A DNA stretch of 36,275 nt from Nemertoderma westbladi (taxonomy: Eukaryota; Animalia; Xenacoelomorpha). This document shows, piece after piece, positions 24,116-35,624 of the stretch. The DNA is taken from positions 1-36,275 of the forward strand of contig JAUCBJ010003586.1 of the NCBI GenBank assembly GCA_032718475.1, read 5' to 3'. The notes beneath the pieces were generated by a model. That model did no database searches, was not told the DNA's origin, and saw only the letters and a list, made by a program, of their open reading frames with translations. The translations under genes and the position numbers were made by a program. How positions within the stretch are numbered: the stretch's first letter is position 1; each line of letters starts with the position of its first letter.

Positions 24116-24996
24116 TCAATGAAAGGCAATTTTTATAAACAAAAAATAATGTTACAATTAAATTTCAAAATAAGTAACATGATATAATTAATGATATTGC
24201 CTTATTGCAATAAAATTCATAGAGCTGATTATATCCACAACTTATGTAAATAATGTAATCAATTATCGTGTTTCTGTTGTTGAACTTCTCGCCACTTAAG
24301 TTGTCCATATCTGATAACTTATAATTAATAAACACTGAGTAAGGCAGCATCAACACCAAACGCTGCAGTTTTTATAAAAATCATTTTCAAAACTTAATTT
24401 CTATTTATATTAAATATTTAAGTAATACATGGTAAATAGCCTTTTGCATATAATTATTGAAACTCATTAACTTTCATTGTAAGCCCATTATTAAAACATT
24501 CATGGATATTGTTCATGAACATATTATAATTTTATAAAAGATTTATTGCAGGGGATATTATGATGTAAATATAAATAATACTGTAATATAAAGTCACGTG
24601 TAGTTTCAGTAATTAATTGAGGAGCAGCTTCTATTAGAGCAGGGCGGTTTCCAGTCATTGAGTATTAAGAACAGTTGATCGCACACCATCACGGCACCTC
24701 CAGTCCAATCAGCACAAAATAAGTAAAGATTATACGCAACAAAAATCACACGATGCCGGGCTAAATATTTACTCCATTAAACAAATTGGATGGGGCTCAT
24801 TGTTGCTAATCAGTGTGAGTAAATATACTAAAAGAACCGCCACCAGTAAGTAACATTAATATATTAAAAGTGTTACGAAAATAGTGAATCGCTTCCCCAA
24901 TTCGCAATGTAACACCAAATCAATTTATCATTTTAAATAACGGTGATTTTTTTCATATTCTAACATGCATTGCGATTATTACTACAAGTTATGGTG

Positions 24997-25047
24997 GACG
25001 GACAGTGTCCGTCGGACAGTGTCCGTCGGACAGTGTCCGTCGGACAC
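24997..25047. repeat. 14-bp tandem repeat (GGACAGTGTCCGTC), ~3.5 copies, starting from a palindrome
   Basis: GACGGACA-G-TGTCCGTC at 24997-25013 is a perfect inverted repeat, followed by further copies. Confidence 0.9.
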
Positions 25048-25915
25048 ATCAACCCTATAGGAGATGAGAGGGCGGGGGGTGGGGGGGGGAAGTTTCTTTG
25101 AAAATAATATATTAAAGGTTGAAAAAAAAGTGTATTATTTACATTCTCTTTTATAAAATATTATTCATGATTTTTCAATTAAGGTTTGGGAAAGAAGGAA
25201 AGAAGGAGATTAAAATATCGGAAAGCATCATATTAAATTCGCAGTCTAGTCTCTCCCGTGGTGTATCAAAGTTTAATATCGTCTGTCGTATTGCTAATTG
25301 AGTCTGGCCGTTCCCTTCCAGTAGTAGCACCATTAGATACATACATTAATATATTTATCTATCTGTCTCTCTCTCCTTCGTTGTTTGAGCGTTGTATCTT
25401 GCGTGATCCCTTTTCGCCCCTTCTCTCTGAATTATTCGCTTCATTATTTATTCCACTTATGAGTGACTACCGGTACCTCTTTAGGTTTTTTTTTTATAAG
25501 GCTTTGCTTCCAATCATGACTGAAATTATGTAAATTTCTATTTTGTAAATTTTGCTAATTAAAACCCAAAATAAAAGCGATTCCTAGTTTGTATGGATTT
25601 TTCTGATCTCGTGTGATGTGAATTGTGATTGAAAGAATGAACATTCCACAGGGGAGTGCGTCCTAGTGCGAATTGGTAGATTGTATTTGGTGAACCAATC
25701 AGTAACATTGTTAGAGAACAATAGCTTGATTTATTGTAGCTCAGTATTCTAACGATGTGATTATGTTAGGTTGAATAATACGTCAATGATTCCATGATTG
25801 TATCCTAGTAGTATAAAGTTGTTGATTAGCAAACTTTACCTTAGAATTTTGCCTGTAATAAAGATTTGAAATCACTCGAGTCAGCCATAACTCTTTCGAA
25901 TATTGGCTAATTAAT

Positions 25916-27293
25916 CATGTACCACTAACACTAACCACTGTGTATGACCAAGTACCGCTAACACTAACCACTGTGTATGTCCATGTACCACTAACAGTAA
26001 CCATAGTGTATGTCCATGTACCACTAACACTAACCACTATGTATGTCCATGTATCACTAAAACTAACCACTGTGTATGCCCCTGTACCGCTAACAATAAC
26101 CACTGTGTATGACCAAGTACCGCTAACACTAACCACTGTGTATGTCCATGTACCACTAACACTAACCACTGTGTAATTCCATGTTCCACTAACACTAACC
26201 GCTGTGTTTGTCCATGTACAAAAACACTAACCACTGTGTATGTCCATGTACCACTAACACTAACCACTGTGTATGTCCATGTATCACTAACAATAACCAC
26301 TGTGTATGACCAAGTACCGCTAACACTAACCACTGTGTATGTCCATGTACCACTAACACTAACCACTGTGTAATTCCAGGTTCCACTAACACTAACCGCT
26401 GTGTTTGTCCATGTACAAAAACACTAAGCACTGTGTATGTCCATGTACCACTAACACTAACCACTGTGTATGTCCATGTACCACTAACAATAACCACTGT
26501 GTATGACCAAGTACCGCTAACACTAACCACTGTGTATGTCCATGTACCACTAACAGTAACCATAGTGTATGTCCATGTACCACTAACACTAACCACTATG
26601 TATGTCCATGTATCACTAAAACTAACCACTGTGTATGCCCCTGTACCGCAAACAATAACCACTGTGTATGACCAAGTACCGCTAACACTAACCACTGTGT
26701 ATGTCCATGTACCACTAACACTAACCACTGTGTAATTCCAGGTTCCACTAACACTAACCGCTGTGTTTGTCCATGTACAAAAACACTAACCACTGTGTAT
26801 GTCCATGTACCACTAACACTAACCACTGTGTATGTCCATGTATCACTAACACTAAACACTGTGTATGACCATGTACCACTAACAATAACCACTGTGTATG
26901 ACCAAGTACCGCTAACACTAACCACTGTGTATGTCCATGTACCACTAACACTAACCACTGTGTAATTCCAGGTTCCACTAACACTAACCGCTGTGTTTGT
27001 CCATGTACAAAAACACTAACCACTGTGTATGTCCATGTACCACTAACACTAACCACTGTGTATGTCCATGTACCACTAACAATAACCACTGTGTATGACC
27101 AAGTACCGCTAACACTAACCACTGTGTATGTCCATGTACCACTAACAGTAACCATAGTGTATGTCCATGTACCACTAACACTAACCACTATGTATGTCCA
27201 TGTATCACTAAAACTAACCACTGTGTATGCCCCTGTACCGCTAACATTAAGCACCGTGTACCAATGACACTAACCACTGTGTATGTCCATGTA
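25916..27293 (-). repeat. 33-bp minisatellite, ~41 copies, made from the GPCR exon end plus donor site
   Basis: The - strand unit is TACATGGACATACACAGTG|GTTAGTGTTAGTGG. Its first 19 nt are identical to the last 19 nt of exon 27472-27275. Confidence 0.97.
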
Positions 27294-27472
27294 GCATTGG
27301 CCACCATCTGCGTCGTAACAATAAGATCGGCGATACAGAGATGACAGATGAGTGCAGCCATGGACAGTTTGGATTTCCTTCTGATGTTCACCGTTAAAAC
27401 TAAAACGGTTACGTTGGATACGGTAGACGCCAACACCATGCCAATAAGAACACCGAAGCTGATGAAACAGTC
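27275..27472 (-). CDS. Rhodopsin-class neuropeptide GPCR, exon for TM1-TM2 (GnRH/AKH/corazonin-receptor-like)
   Basis: Acceptor tattttccag, donor GTG|gttagt, 198 nt, phase 0/0. Reads DCFISFGVLIGMVLASTVSNVTVLVLTVNIRRKSKLSMAALICHLCIADLIVTTQMVANATWTYTV, with the TM1 Asn, a basic first intracellular loop, HLxIADLIVT and W-x-x-TV. Confidence 0.88.
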
Positions 27473-27883
27473 CTGGAAAATAGTGAAACACTAGAGATTA
27501 ATATAATCATAACATAATTAAACAACCTTAATTGCACAGCAGTCCCTAGCAGTATAAACAGCGTGGTTTAGATATTTAACGGAGGTTATTTTAGGAGGCT
27601 TATAGTTACGAGAAATTATCTTGCCTAATAATCCCAGATTGACGAGATATCCCCTGGTTGATAAACCAACCTATTATTGTTTGATTATTTGCTCGCTAAG
27701 GAAGAATTTAAATAATATATCCCAAATTCTTCCCTACATGAATTATCATACTTGAATTCTGTGACAAGTTTATGGTGTTACCACATGTTTCAATATTACT
27801 TGAAGAATACAACAAACCGCGTTATTACTGTATAATTAATGCGAAGTTACTACGAAAAAATTTAAATTGCAAAAACTACTTAC

Positions 27884-27970
27884 GCTGCTGTTACATGATT
27901 CAAGTTCTTTTAAGCAACCGCTTCTTGTAGTTGAGTTAGACCCGCAATAATTGTTCTCATTAGCACCCAT
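27884..27970 (-). CDS. Probable first coding exon of the GPCR (extracellular N-terminus MGANENNYCGSNSTTRSGCLKELESCNSS)
   Basis: ATG at 27970 with an in-frame stop upstream, consensus donor gtaagt, 87 nt, phase 0 joining DCF. Two N-glycosylation sequons (NST, NSS). Confidence 0.75.
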
Positions 27971-29319
27971 GTGAACGCGTTGAGTCACAAGATAGGGTAT
28001 ACTTTATCCAGCTAACGCGTTCAACCAAATAATTTGTAATTGATTAATTGGGTTGGAGATATAGACCTCACTGCCACTAATATGCAGAAGGTTGCCCGGC
28101 CCGGCCCTCCCAGGATTCTCAATGAAGCATCTGCTTAAAGATTTCTTTAATAATTCTATAGGATCAGAATCGATCGTCCGCCGTCAGATAGGAGTACATT
28201 GAGTTATTACAGTAGTTTATGTCCAATTGCCATAATTACCATCCAAATGCTACCAAATCAATAAGGGAATCCTGTTGGACTGTATATTGAGTATGATTGC
28301 AACCAAGTAAGTATTGAGCATGTAAGTAAAATTTGCCGATTCCAGGAAGGGTTAATTAAATTTCACATTGTATATGTAATTATTGCGTATTAATAATGAA
28401 TAGGTGGGTCTGTAAGTGGGATATATAATTTATAATTGTATTGTTAAAGCTGTAAACATACAATTATAATTTAATAATGACAATAATTGGGGGTTCTTGC
28501 CGTAAACTTGAATCATCCCCATGGTTTATTCGACTTAAATAACAGATTATGAGTTTGTATGGCGTGCGATTTACCTATTTCTATTGTATTGGTTAAAAGG
28601 TTGATTGTAATGCCGATGTTTGTATTTATTGTTTTGGTTATAATAACGTGCCACGATAACCTGCTTAGTCATTATAACAATAAATAACTTTGTTTATTTT
28701 AGTTTATCACCAAAAAGTGATTTACAAACGAAGTAAAAGATATTCCGTCATCTTAAAGCTAATAATAAATATATAAAGTATGACGAAGTGACCACTTTAT
28801 CCTTGTTCCAATCGGTTACACTTGACACGAGAAACCACTCTCATTCTATTCAAATCCATTAAATGCTTTGAATTTTAGCCGTATCAGTTTGAACTCCCTT
28901 CGTTACGATTGGTCCAAATTAATTGCATATAGCTGTTTAATTAGCATATTTAAAGACAGCAAAGCTACACCGAGAATGCGCCTTCACACTACGTTCTAAA
29001 GAAATTATCCATAAAGATCCAATCAGTAATATCAAATAATAAATTCAATATTTATATGAAATCAGTCATTGGGTGCCCTCAACTGTAAATTACCGCATAA
29101 GTCTACGCCATTCAGTCTTATAACACACTATATAACACATTGTTGGAAGAATTATTAAGATATAGGTAGGTTGTCAGGGATACTTTATTATATTTTCTAT
29201 TTAATAAATTCCTATTCTGTACGACGTTTGCGCCCTGTTTAGATAGCAGCGTTTCAAATTGAATTCTCTCAACTTTTCTGTGTTTTCTTTTACCGGTCAG
29301 TACCATTGGTAGGATGCAG

Positions 29320-29711
29320 AGCAGACGCAGTGCATTCTGCACCGCAGACTCAGTGCATGCTGTACAGCAGACTCAGTGCATGCTGCACCGCAGACGCAGT
29401 GCATGCTGCACTGCAGACGCAGTGCATGATGCACCGCAGACTCTGTGCATGCTGCACCGCAGGCGTAGAGCATGCTGCACGGCAGGCGCAGAGCATGCTG
29501 CACCGCAGGCGCAGAGCATGCTGCACTGCAGGCACAGAGCATGCTGCACCACAGACTCTGTGCATGCTGCACCGCAGACCAGTGCATGCTGCACCGCAGA
29601 CTCTGTGCATGCTGCACCGCAGACTCTGTGCATGCTGCACCGCAGATTCAGTGCATGCTGCACCGTAGACGCAGTGCATGCTGCACCGCAGACGCTGTGC
29701 ATGCTGCACCG
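29320..29711. repeat. 23-bp GC-rich minisatellite, ~17 copies (GCATGCTGCACCGCAGACKCAGT)
   Basis: GCATGC recurs every 23 nt (e.g. 29355, 29378). Confidence 0.97.
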
Positions 29712-29718
29712 CCCTTAC

Positions 29719-29836
29719 AATGGCAGATCGGATTTTAAGAACGATGTACAAACCAAACTACCTTTGTCTATCGTCAAATTCATTAAAATTATTCACTAAA
29801 GGAAAAGTTGATCCACAAAGTGTAAAAGTCGTCACC
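29719..29836 (-). other. Candidate upstream (5'UTR or alternative start) exon of the GPCR
   Basis: Acceptor ttcatatttag, donor gtaagg. An internal ATG at 29783 reads MNLTIDKGSLVCTSFLKSDLP. No strong in-phase partner exon was found. Confidence 0.3.
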
Positions 29837-30913
29837 CTAAATATGAAGTGCAACTTATTACAGTACCATTACCATGCATAAGTTGTTAATACTAACTGAG
29901 TAATGGTTAAATAAGTTGCGATTAAAATCATTTACTTTGGTTTAGTACCATAATTATTTGCGTGTTCTCATTAAAACTATGGATTACGAGGGTGTGAGGT
30001 GATTTAACACGTTCAAGCATATAATTATGACAATCTGTCACTACCGTATATATACATGCGTAAAAGCAAGATGAAGGGGCTATGGGTAGTCGAGAAGTTA
30101 TGGTGTTGGAAAGGATTCATTCGGTAACTGGTTTAAATGCCATTAAATCAGAATAAAATAAAATTATAATGATAAACCAGAAACGCTGCTCTCCAATATT
30201 AAATCTTAATATTTATGCACCTAAAATAAGCAATAATCCTACTGTTTCAGTAAATAAATGAACAAATATAATAATTATCATTAGTAATTGTGAATTATGT
30301 TAACAAACTACTGTATAATAACTAGGGGGAGACTATGGGAAGGCATGGGCTGGGCAGCATTGAATAGTCTGTCCAGGATTCGTAAGTACCATAGAATAAA
30401 ACGTAATCAAGGTTCGATTATGTAGGGAATATTAGTCACCCCAAGCTCAACATTCGAGCAGAGCCGCCTCCGCTATGAATGACAATATATTTTATATGTA
30501 TATAATGCAGCTTTGAGTCATACGGGCCGCGTGGTGCTGGGGGCTATATTCCGTAAAGATTTACTTACTTACTTATTATAAATATTTCTTTACTGTAATA
30601 TATTAAGGCCTTTAAGTAGTAATTTTTAATACCATCATTAAAAATGTATAATAAATAATTAAAAGCTTCAAATTCATCAATGAAACTAAAGTAACTTTGT
30701 AGTTAAATAATTTTAATAGTCTTTTAATAATAATAATATTCGCCCTATAACTGTTATTATTGAAAAGATACCAGATGTTTGGTTCTAAGAATTATTATTA
30801 ACTATACAATATACATACATGTTCATATTGCTAAACATACCAGTTAGAAGACTAACAAGCTTAGGTGTAAAGAATGTCACCATAGGGTCGGTACATAACG
30901 GTGTTATATATGT

Positions 30914-31526
30914 GAGAGCGACAGGACAAATGTCCCCCGGACTGTTTCCCCACAGACAATTTCCCCCGTATTATTGCCCCCCGGACAATTGCCCCCCAAT
31001 AATTACACTTTCCCTCCAAAAATAAATTGGCACAAGGAAAATTGCAAAATAAATAAGGTCATTCCTAACTAGTAATTTAGTCTTCCAAACAACATTAACC
31101 AATAATTTTATATAGCTAAGTCCGTTTTTATATTTAATAAAACATCCATGTTTGCTTATTTATCTGCTCAATAATTTCTATATTTTCCACCTGAAGTATT
31201 TCATTACAATAAGAATAAAATGTTAACGCACTGAAAAGCCATTAAACTACGTCATAAAAAAGCTATAGCTAGCATATAGTCAATCAAATTATTCTAGAAA
31301 AAAAATCGTGCTTATTTTGTAAAACACATAAAAATTAAAAAGTTTAGAAGTATAGATCACGGTTAATATTATTACTCGAATTTCATAAAACCATAGGAAA
31401 ACATTCAAAGGATTTCAAGATTTAAAAATAGATTCCTTAAATAAAATATCAGGGGGAAATTGTTCGGGGGGGGGGGGGGGCAATGTACAGGGGGTATTGT
31501 CCGGGGGGCAATTGTCCTAGTTCCTG
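30914..31526. mobile_element. Foldback/MITE-like DNA element with inverted subterminal repeats (GGACAATTGCCCCCC)
   Basis: Several C-rich copies at 30923-30998 mirror G-rich copies at 31452-31518 (GGGGGGCAATTGTCCT). AT-rich core, TA-rich flanks. Confidence 0.8.
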
Positions 31527-31535
31527 TATATATAG

Positions 31536-31735
31536 CAGTGGCGTTTCTAGAGTCCAATAAAATTTAATAAGGGCAAGAATATATAAGAAGGTTGTAAGTT
31601 AATATTTATCCTTTGATTTCTGTCAGCGTTTCAGTTTATCGAGTTTAATATAAAAGATTTCCTTTTACTTAGTGGGAAATATTCCATTGATTTACGTCGG
31701 GGGAATATAGATGATTTGATCTAGAAACGGCACGT
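31536..31735. mobile_element. Small MITE with hAT-like terminus (CAGTGGCG...)
   Basis: GTGGCGTTTCTAGA on the left and TCTAGAAACGGCAC on the right are a 13/14 inverted match. No clear 8-bp target-site duplication. Confidence 0.55.
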
Positions 31736-32315
31736 TATATTATTATATATATATAATTATACATTTTAGTACTTCATGTTAAATGATTAATAAATATATC
31801 TTTATTTAACAAAGAGATAAACACCTCGTAACTTAACTATTTATAATGTATCAATGTCCACCGCGCATACACAAGGCTTACATGTAATACATGAAATATA
31901 ATATGATAATAACACCTTGGCTCCTATGATGGGTGGTAGGAAGTATAACCAATAGCTAGACTGTAAGGCGCCTAATAAGATTAAATTTTTGGCCTAGGTC
32001 TAGGTAAGGCAAACCAGATTCCATATCTAAACAGTAATAACCGTGAAAGGGACACTAACTGACACTGGTAACTAACTATACATTTATCGATGGGGTATCT
32101 TTATATCACAGGGGTCTTTCTTAATAAACTATCTGAAATAATTATTCTTAAAAATTAGCTCTTATTGTAAAATTTGTTTTATTATTGTTTTGTTGTATTT
32201 AAGGCGCTCTTCAAACCATTATTATTCTTCTTCAAACTATTATTTCTAAGTGTTGACACGGTTTTTCGAAGTGCTGACCATAAACTTCCCACGCCACCTA
32301 GTCCACTACCTTTAC

Positions 32316-32551
32316 CACATAGTTCAGTAGTCCTAAGAGACTACGACCCACATCAAAATTTTGAATTTCTCGCCAAGGAAATTCTCCACTCATTGTGGAT
32401 ATGGGACTCCACCAGAATAGCTGCTGGGTTGTAAAGAATCCAGGGATTTGGGATATAAAGAACCCTGGGATATAAAAAAGACCCTGGTACAGAAAAAAGA
32501 AAACATGTGAAATTGAGTTTGCATCCTCTGTCCCCAACAGAACAGCAATAC
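32316..32551 (-). other. Candidate exon next to 46-bp array B (open frame GIAVLLGTEDANSISHVFFFLYQGLFYIPGFF...LLGLLNYV); product unknown
   Basis: Acceptor ttatgttctcag, donor GTG|gtaaag, one open frame. Stronger pyrimidine-rich acceptors lie inside it, so the boundaries and its reality are uncertain. Confidence 0.3.
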
Positions 32552-32556
32552 CTGAG

Positions 32557-34396
32557 AACATAAGTATATCAGATCGTTTAATTGTACGGCAGTTGGAGCT
32601 GGAACATAAGTATATCAGATCGTTTAATTGTACGGTAGTTGGAGCTGGAACATAAGTATATCAGATCGTTTAATTGTACGGTAGTTGGAGCTGGAACATA
32701 AGTATATCAGATCGTTTAATTGTACGGCAGTTGGAGCTGGAACATAAGTATATCAGATCGTTTAATTGTACAGCAGTTGGAGCTGGAACATAAGTATATC
32801 AGATCGTTTAATTGTACAGCAGTTGGAGCTGGAACATAAGTATATCAGATCGTTTAATTGTACGGTAGTTGGAGCTGGAACATAAGTATATCAGATCGTT
32901 TAATTGTACGGCAGTTGGAGCTGGAACATAAGTATATCAGATCGTTTAATTGTACGGTAGTTGGAGCTGGAACATAAGTATATCAGATCGTTTAATTGTA
33001 CGGCAGTTGGAGCTGGAACATAAGTATATCAGATCGTTTAATTGTACGGCAGTTGGAGCTGGAACATAAGTATATCAGATCGTTTAATTGTACAGCAGTT
33101 GGAGCTGGAACATAAGTATATCAGATCGTTTAATTGTACGGCAGTTGGAGCTGGAACATAAGTATATCAGATCGTTTAATTGTACGGCAGTTGGAGCTGG
33201 AACATAAGTATATCAGATCGTTTAATTGTACGGTAGTTGGAGCTGGAACATAAGTACATCAGATCGTTTAATTGTACGGTAGTTGGAGCTGGAACATAAG
33301 TATATCAGATCGTTTAATTGTACGGTAGTTGGAGCTGGAACATAAGTATATCAGATCGTTTAATTGTACGGTAGTTGGAGCTGGAACATAAGTATATCAG
33401 ATCGTTTAATTGTACGGTAGTTGGAGCTGGAACATAAGTATATCAGATCGTTTAATTGTACGGTAGTTGGAGCTGGAACATAAGTATATCAGATCGTTTA
33501 ATTGTACGGTAGTTGGAGCTGGAACATAAGTATATCAGATCGTTTAATTGTACGGTAGTTGGAGCTGGAACATAAGTATATCAGATCGTTTAATTGTACG
33601 GCAGTTGGAGCTGGAACATAAGTATATCAGATCGTTTAATTGTACGGCAGTTGGAGCTGGAACATAAGTATATCAGATCGTTTAATTGTACGGTAGTTGG
33701 AGCTGGAACATAAGTATATCAGATCGTTTAATTGTACGGCAGTTGGAGCTGGAACATAAGTATATCAGATCGTTTAATTGTACGGCAGTTGGAGCTGGAA
33801 CATAAGTATATCAGATCGTTTAATTGTACGGCAGTTGGAGCTGGAACATAAGTATATCAGATCGTTTAATTGTACGGCAGTTGGAGCTGGAACATAAGTA
33901 TATCAGATCGTTTAATTGTACGGTAGTTGGAGCTGGAACATAAGTATATCAGATCGTTTAATTGTACGGCAGTTGGAGCTGGAACATAAGTATATCAGAT
34001 CGTTTAATTGTACGGCAGTTGGAGCTGGAACATAAGTATATCAGATCGTTTAATTGTACGGCAGTTGGAGCTGGAACATAAGTATATCAGATCGTTTAAT
34101 TGTACGGCAGTTGGAGCTGGAACATAAGTATATCAGATCGTTTAATTGTACGGCAGTTGGAGCTGGAACATAAGTATATCAGATCGTTTAATTGTACGGC
34201 AGTTGGAGCTGGAACATAAGTATATCAGATCGTTTAATTGTACGGTAGTTGGAGCTGGAACATAAGTATATCAGATCGTTTAATTGTACGGCAGTTGGAG
34301 CTGGAACATAAGTATATCAGATCGTTTAATTGTACGGCAGTTGGAGCTGGAACATAAGTATATCAGATCGTTTAATTGTACGGCAGTTGGAGCTGG
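32557..34396. repeat. 46-bp minisatellite B, 40 copies (AACATAAGTATATCAGATCGTTTAATTGTACGGYAGTTGGAGCTGG)
   Basis: 1840 bp = 40x46. Nearly identical units, differing mainly at one C/T site. Confidence 0.99.
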
Positions 34397-34919
34397 GACA
34401 CCTTAGGGACACTTCGTGGGTTGCCTATCTACGCTGCTGCCATATATTCTTCCACGTTGATATCAGGAATATAATTAATTGCCTATAATATTAAATTACA
34501 AAGATTGAAAAGAAATCCGCAACTCAAACAGCTCAGATACGTGCCCAGGGTGGCGTTCACTGGCCTTTACTATATCGTTTTAACGTGAGATTAAACTCTT
34601 TTCTTCGGGAATGTTCGTCACGCGAATCTCTTAATTAACGCCCGGCGATTCTCCGTATAACTTAAAAGTAAACTAGTCGCGATTACCACCAGCCCCCCCG
34701 GGAACTGGAAACCTTTTAACTCGCGGAAATTTCGTCCGGCCTGGAAAATGTCAAGCATTTCTTGAACGAGGCAATGCCGTCCAACCTCGCAGTGCGTAGT
34801 AATCCCGCATTGCAAAACACGATTCTCTCAAAATATTAATTCACTCTATTCTCCACCCAAGTCGACTACTTATTAAACCCACGAACATAAAGTGAGTAAC
34901 AGCTAAATATCTAGAAGAT

Positions 34920-35033
34920 TATTTCGGTCGATTGATGGAGGATTGGGGCCAATTTAACTCTACCGGAACTGGAATCTATTTCGGTCGATTGATGGAGGGC
35001 TGGGGCCCATTTAACTCTACTGGAACTGGAATC
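34920..35033. repeat. 57-bp tandem duplication
   Basis: TATTTCGGTCGATTGATGGAGG...TTTAACTCTACYGGAACTGGAATC occurs at 34920 and 34977. Confidence 0.95.
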
Positions 35034-35624
35034 ATACAATTTACTCATTGAAATTTTGCCAGATTTAATAAATAACACACATGGATAACTTTACTAAGTA
35101 AATCTGTCCTTTATAGTTCCAGAAATTACCATGTTGAACAGATGATTGGACTGACTGGTAATATACATAAAACATCGAATGACTGATTTGATTTCGGAAA
35201 TAAGGAAATAATATGGGAGAACGTGTTTAGGTAACATGTTTTAGTCTGATTAATTCTTGAGCGGAGGAATGATGCAACATAAATGAAGATGTTTCGTGAT
35301 GCAGTTCGTGATGCGTTAGTTTCTTTTTCAATTAGATGGAGATTGGGTGGGAAGATCAGGACATTAGTAAATGCTATTAGTAATATAATTACATCTTCAC
35401 CAGCCTCCCGATTTATCGACACATTGACGCCACGCCAATGTCTTATAATGAGATTGTAAGATAATTGGATTCTTAGGGATTTGTAGTCAGGTGATAGACA
35501 AAAAAACACTATATAGTGAATGAATATATAGCCATTTAAATGGAAATAATATCAAACGGTTTTGTGCTCATATCTGAACAAAAATAAAAATCAGTATTAT
35601 TGGAGATGGTTAGCATCATGATTG

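Noticed and set aside
24687-24710. DWTGGAVM on the - strand as the next GPCR exon (fits the xWxxGxxM pattern)
   Set aside because: No AG acceptor directly upstream (tgtgct) and a poor donor; not supportable without transcript data.
25915-27267. ORFs (TWTYTVVSVSG)n and (VYVHVPLTLTT)n as a beta-repeat protein
   Set aside because: Derived from the 33-bp array, broken by 32-bp units and stops, and out of frame with the GPCR exon.
29297-29799. Cys/His-rich ORFs resembling metallothionein
   Set aside because: Multi-frame, both-strand read-through of a 23-bp GC-rich repeat.
35126-35509. 127-aa - strand ORF
   Set aside because: No ATG start, no recognisable motif and no clear splice context; probably chance or a decayed element.
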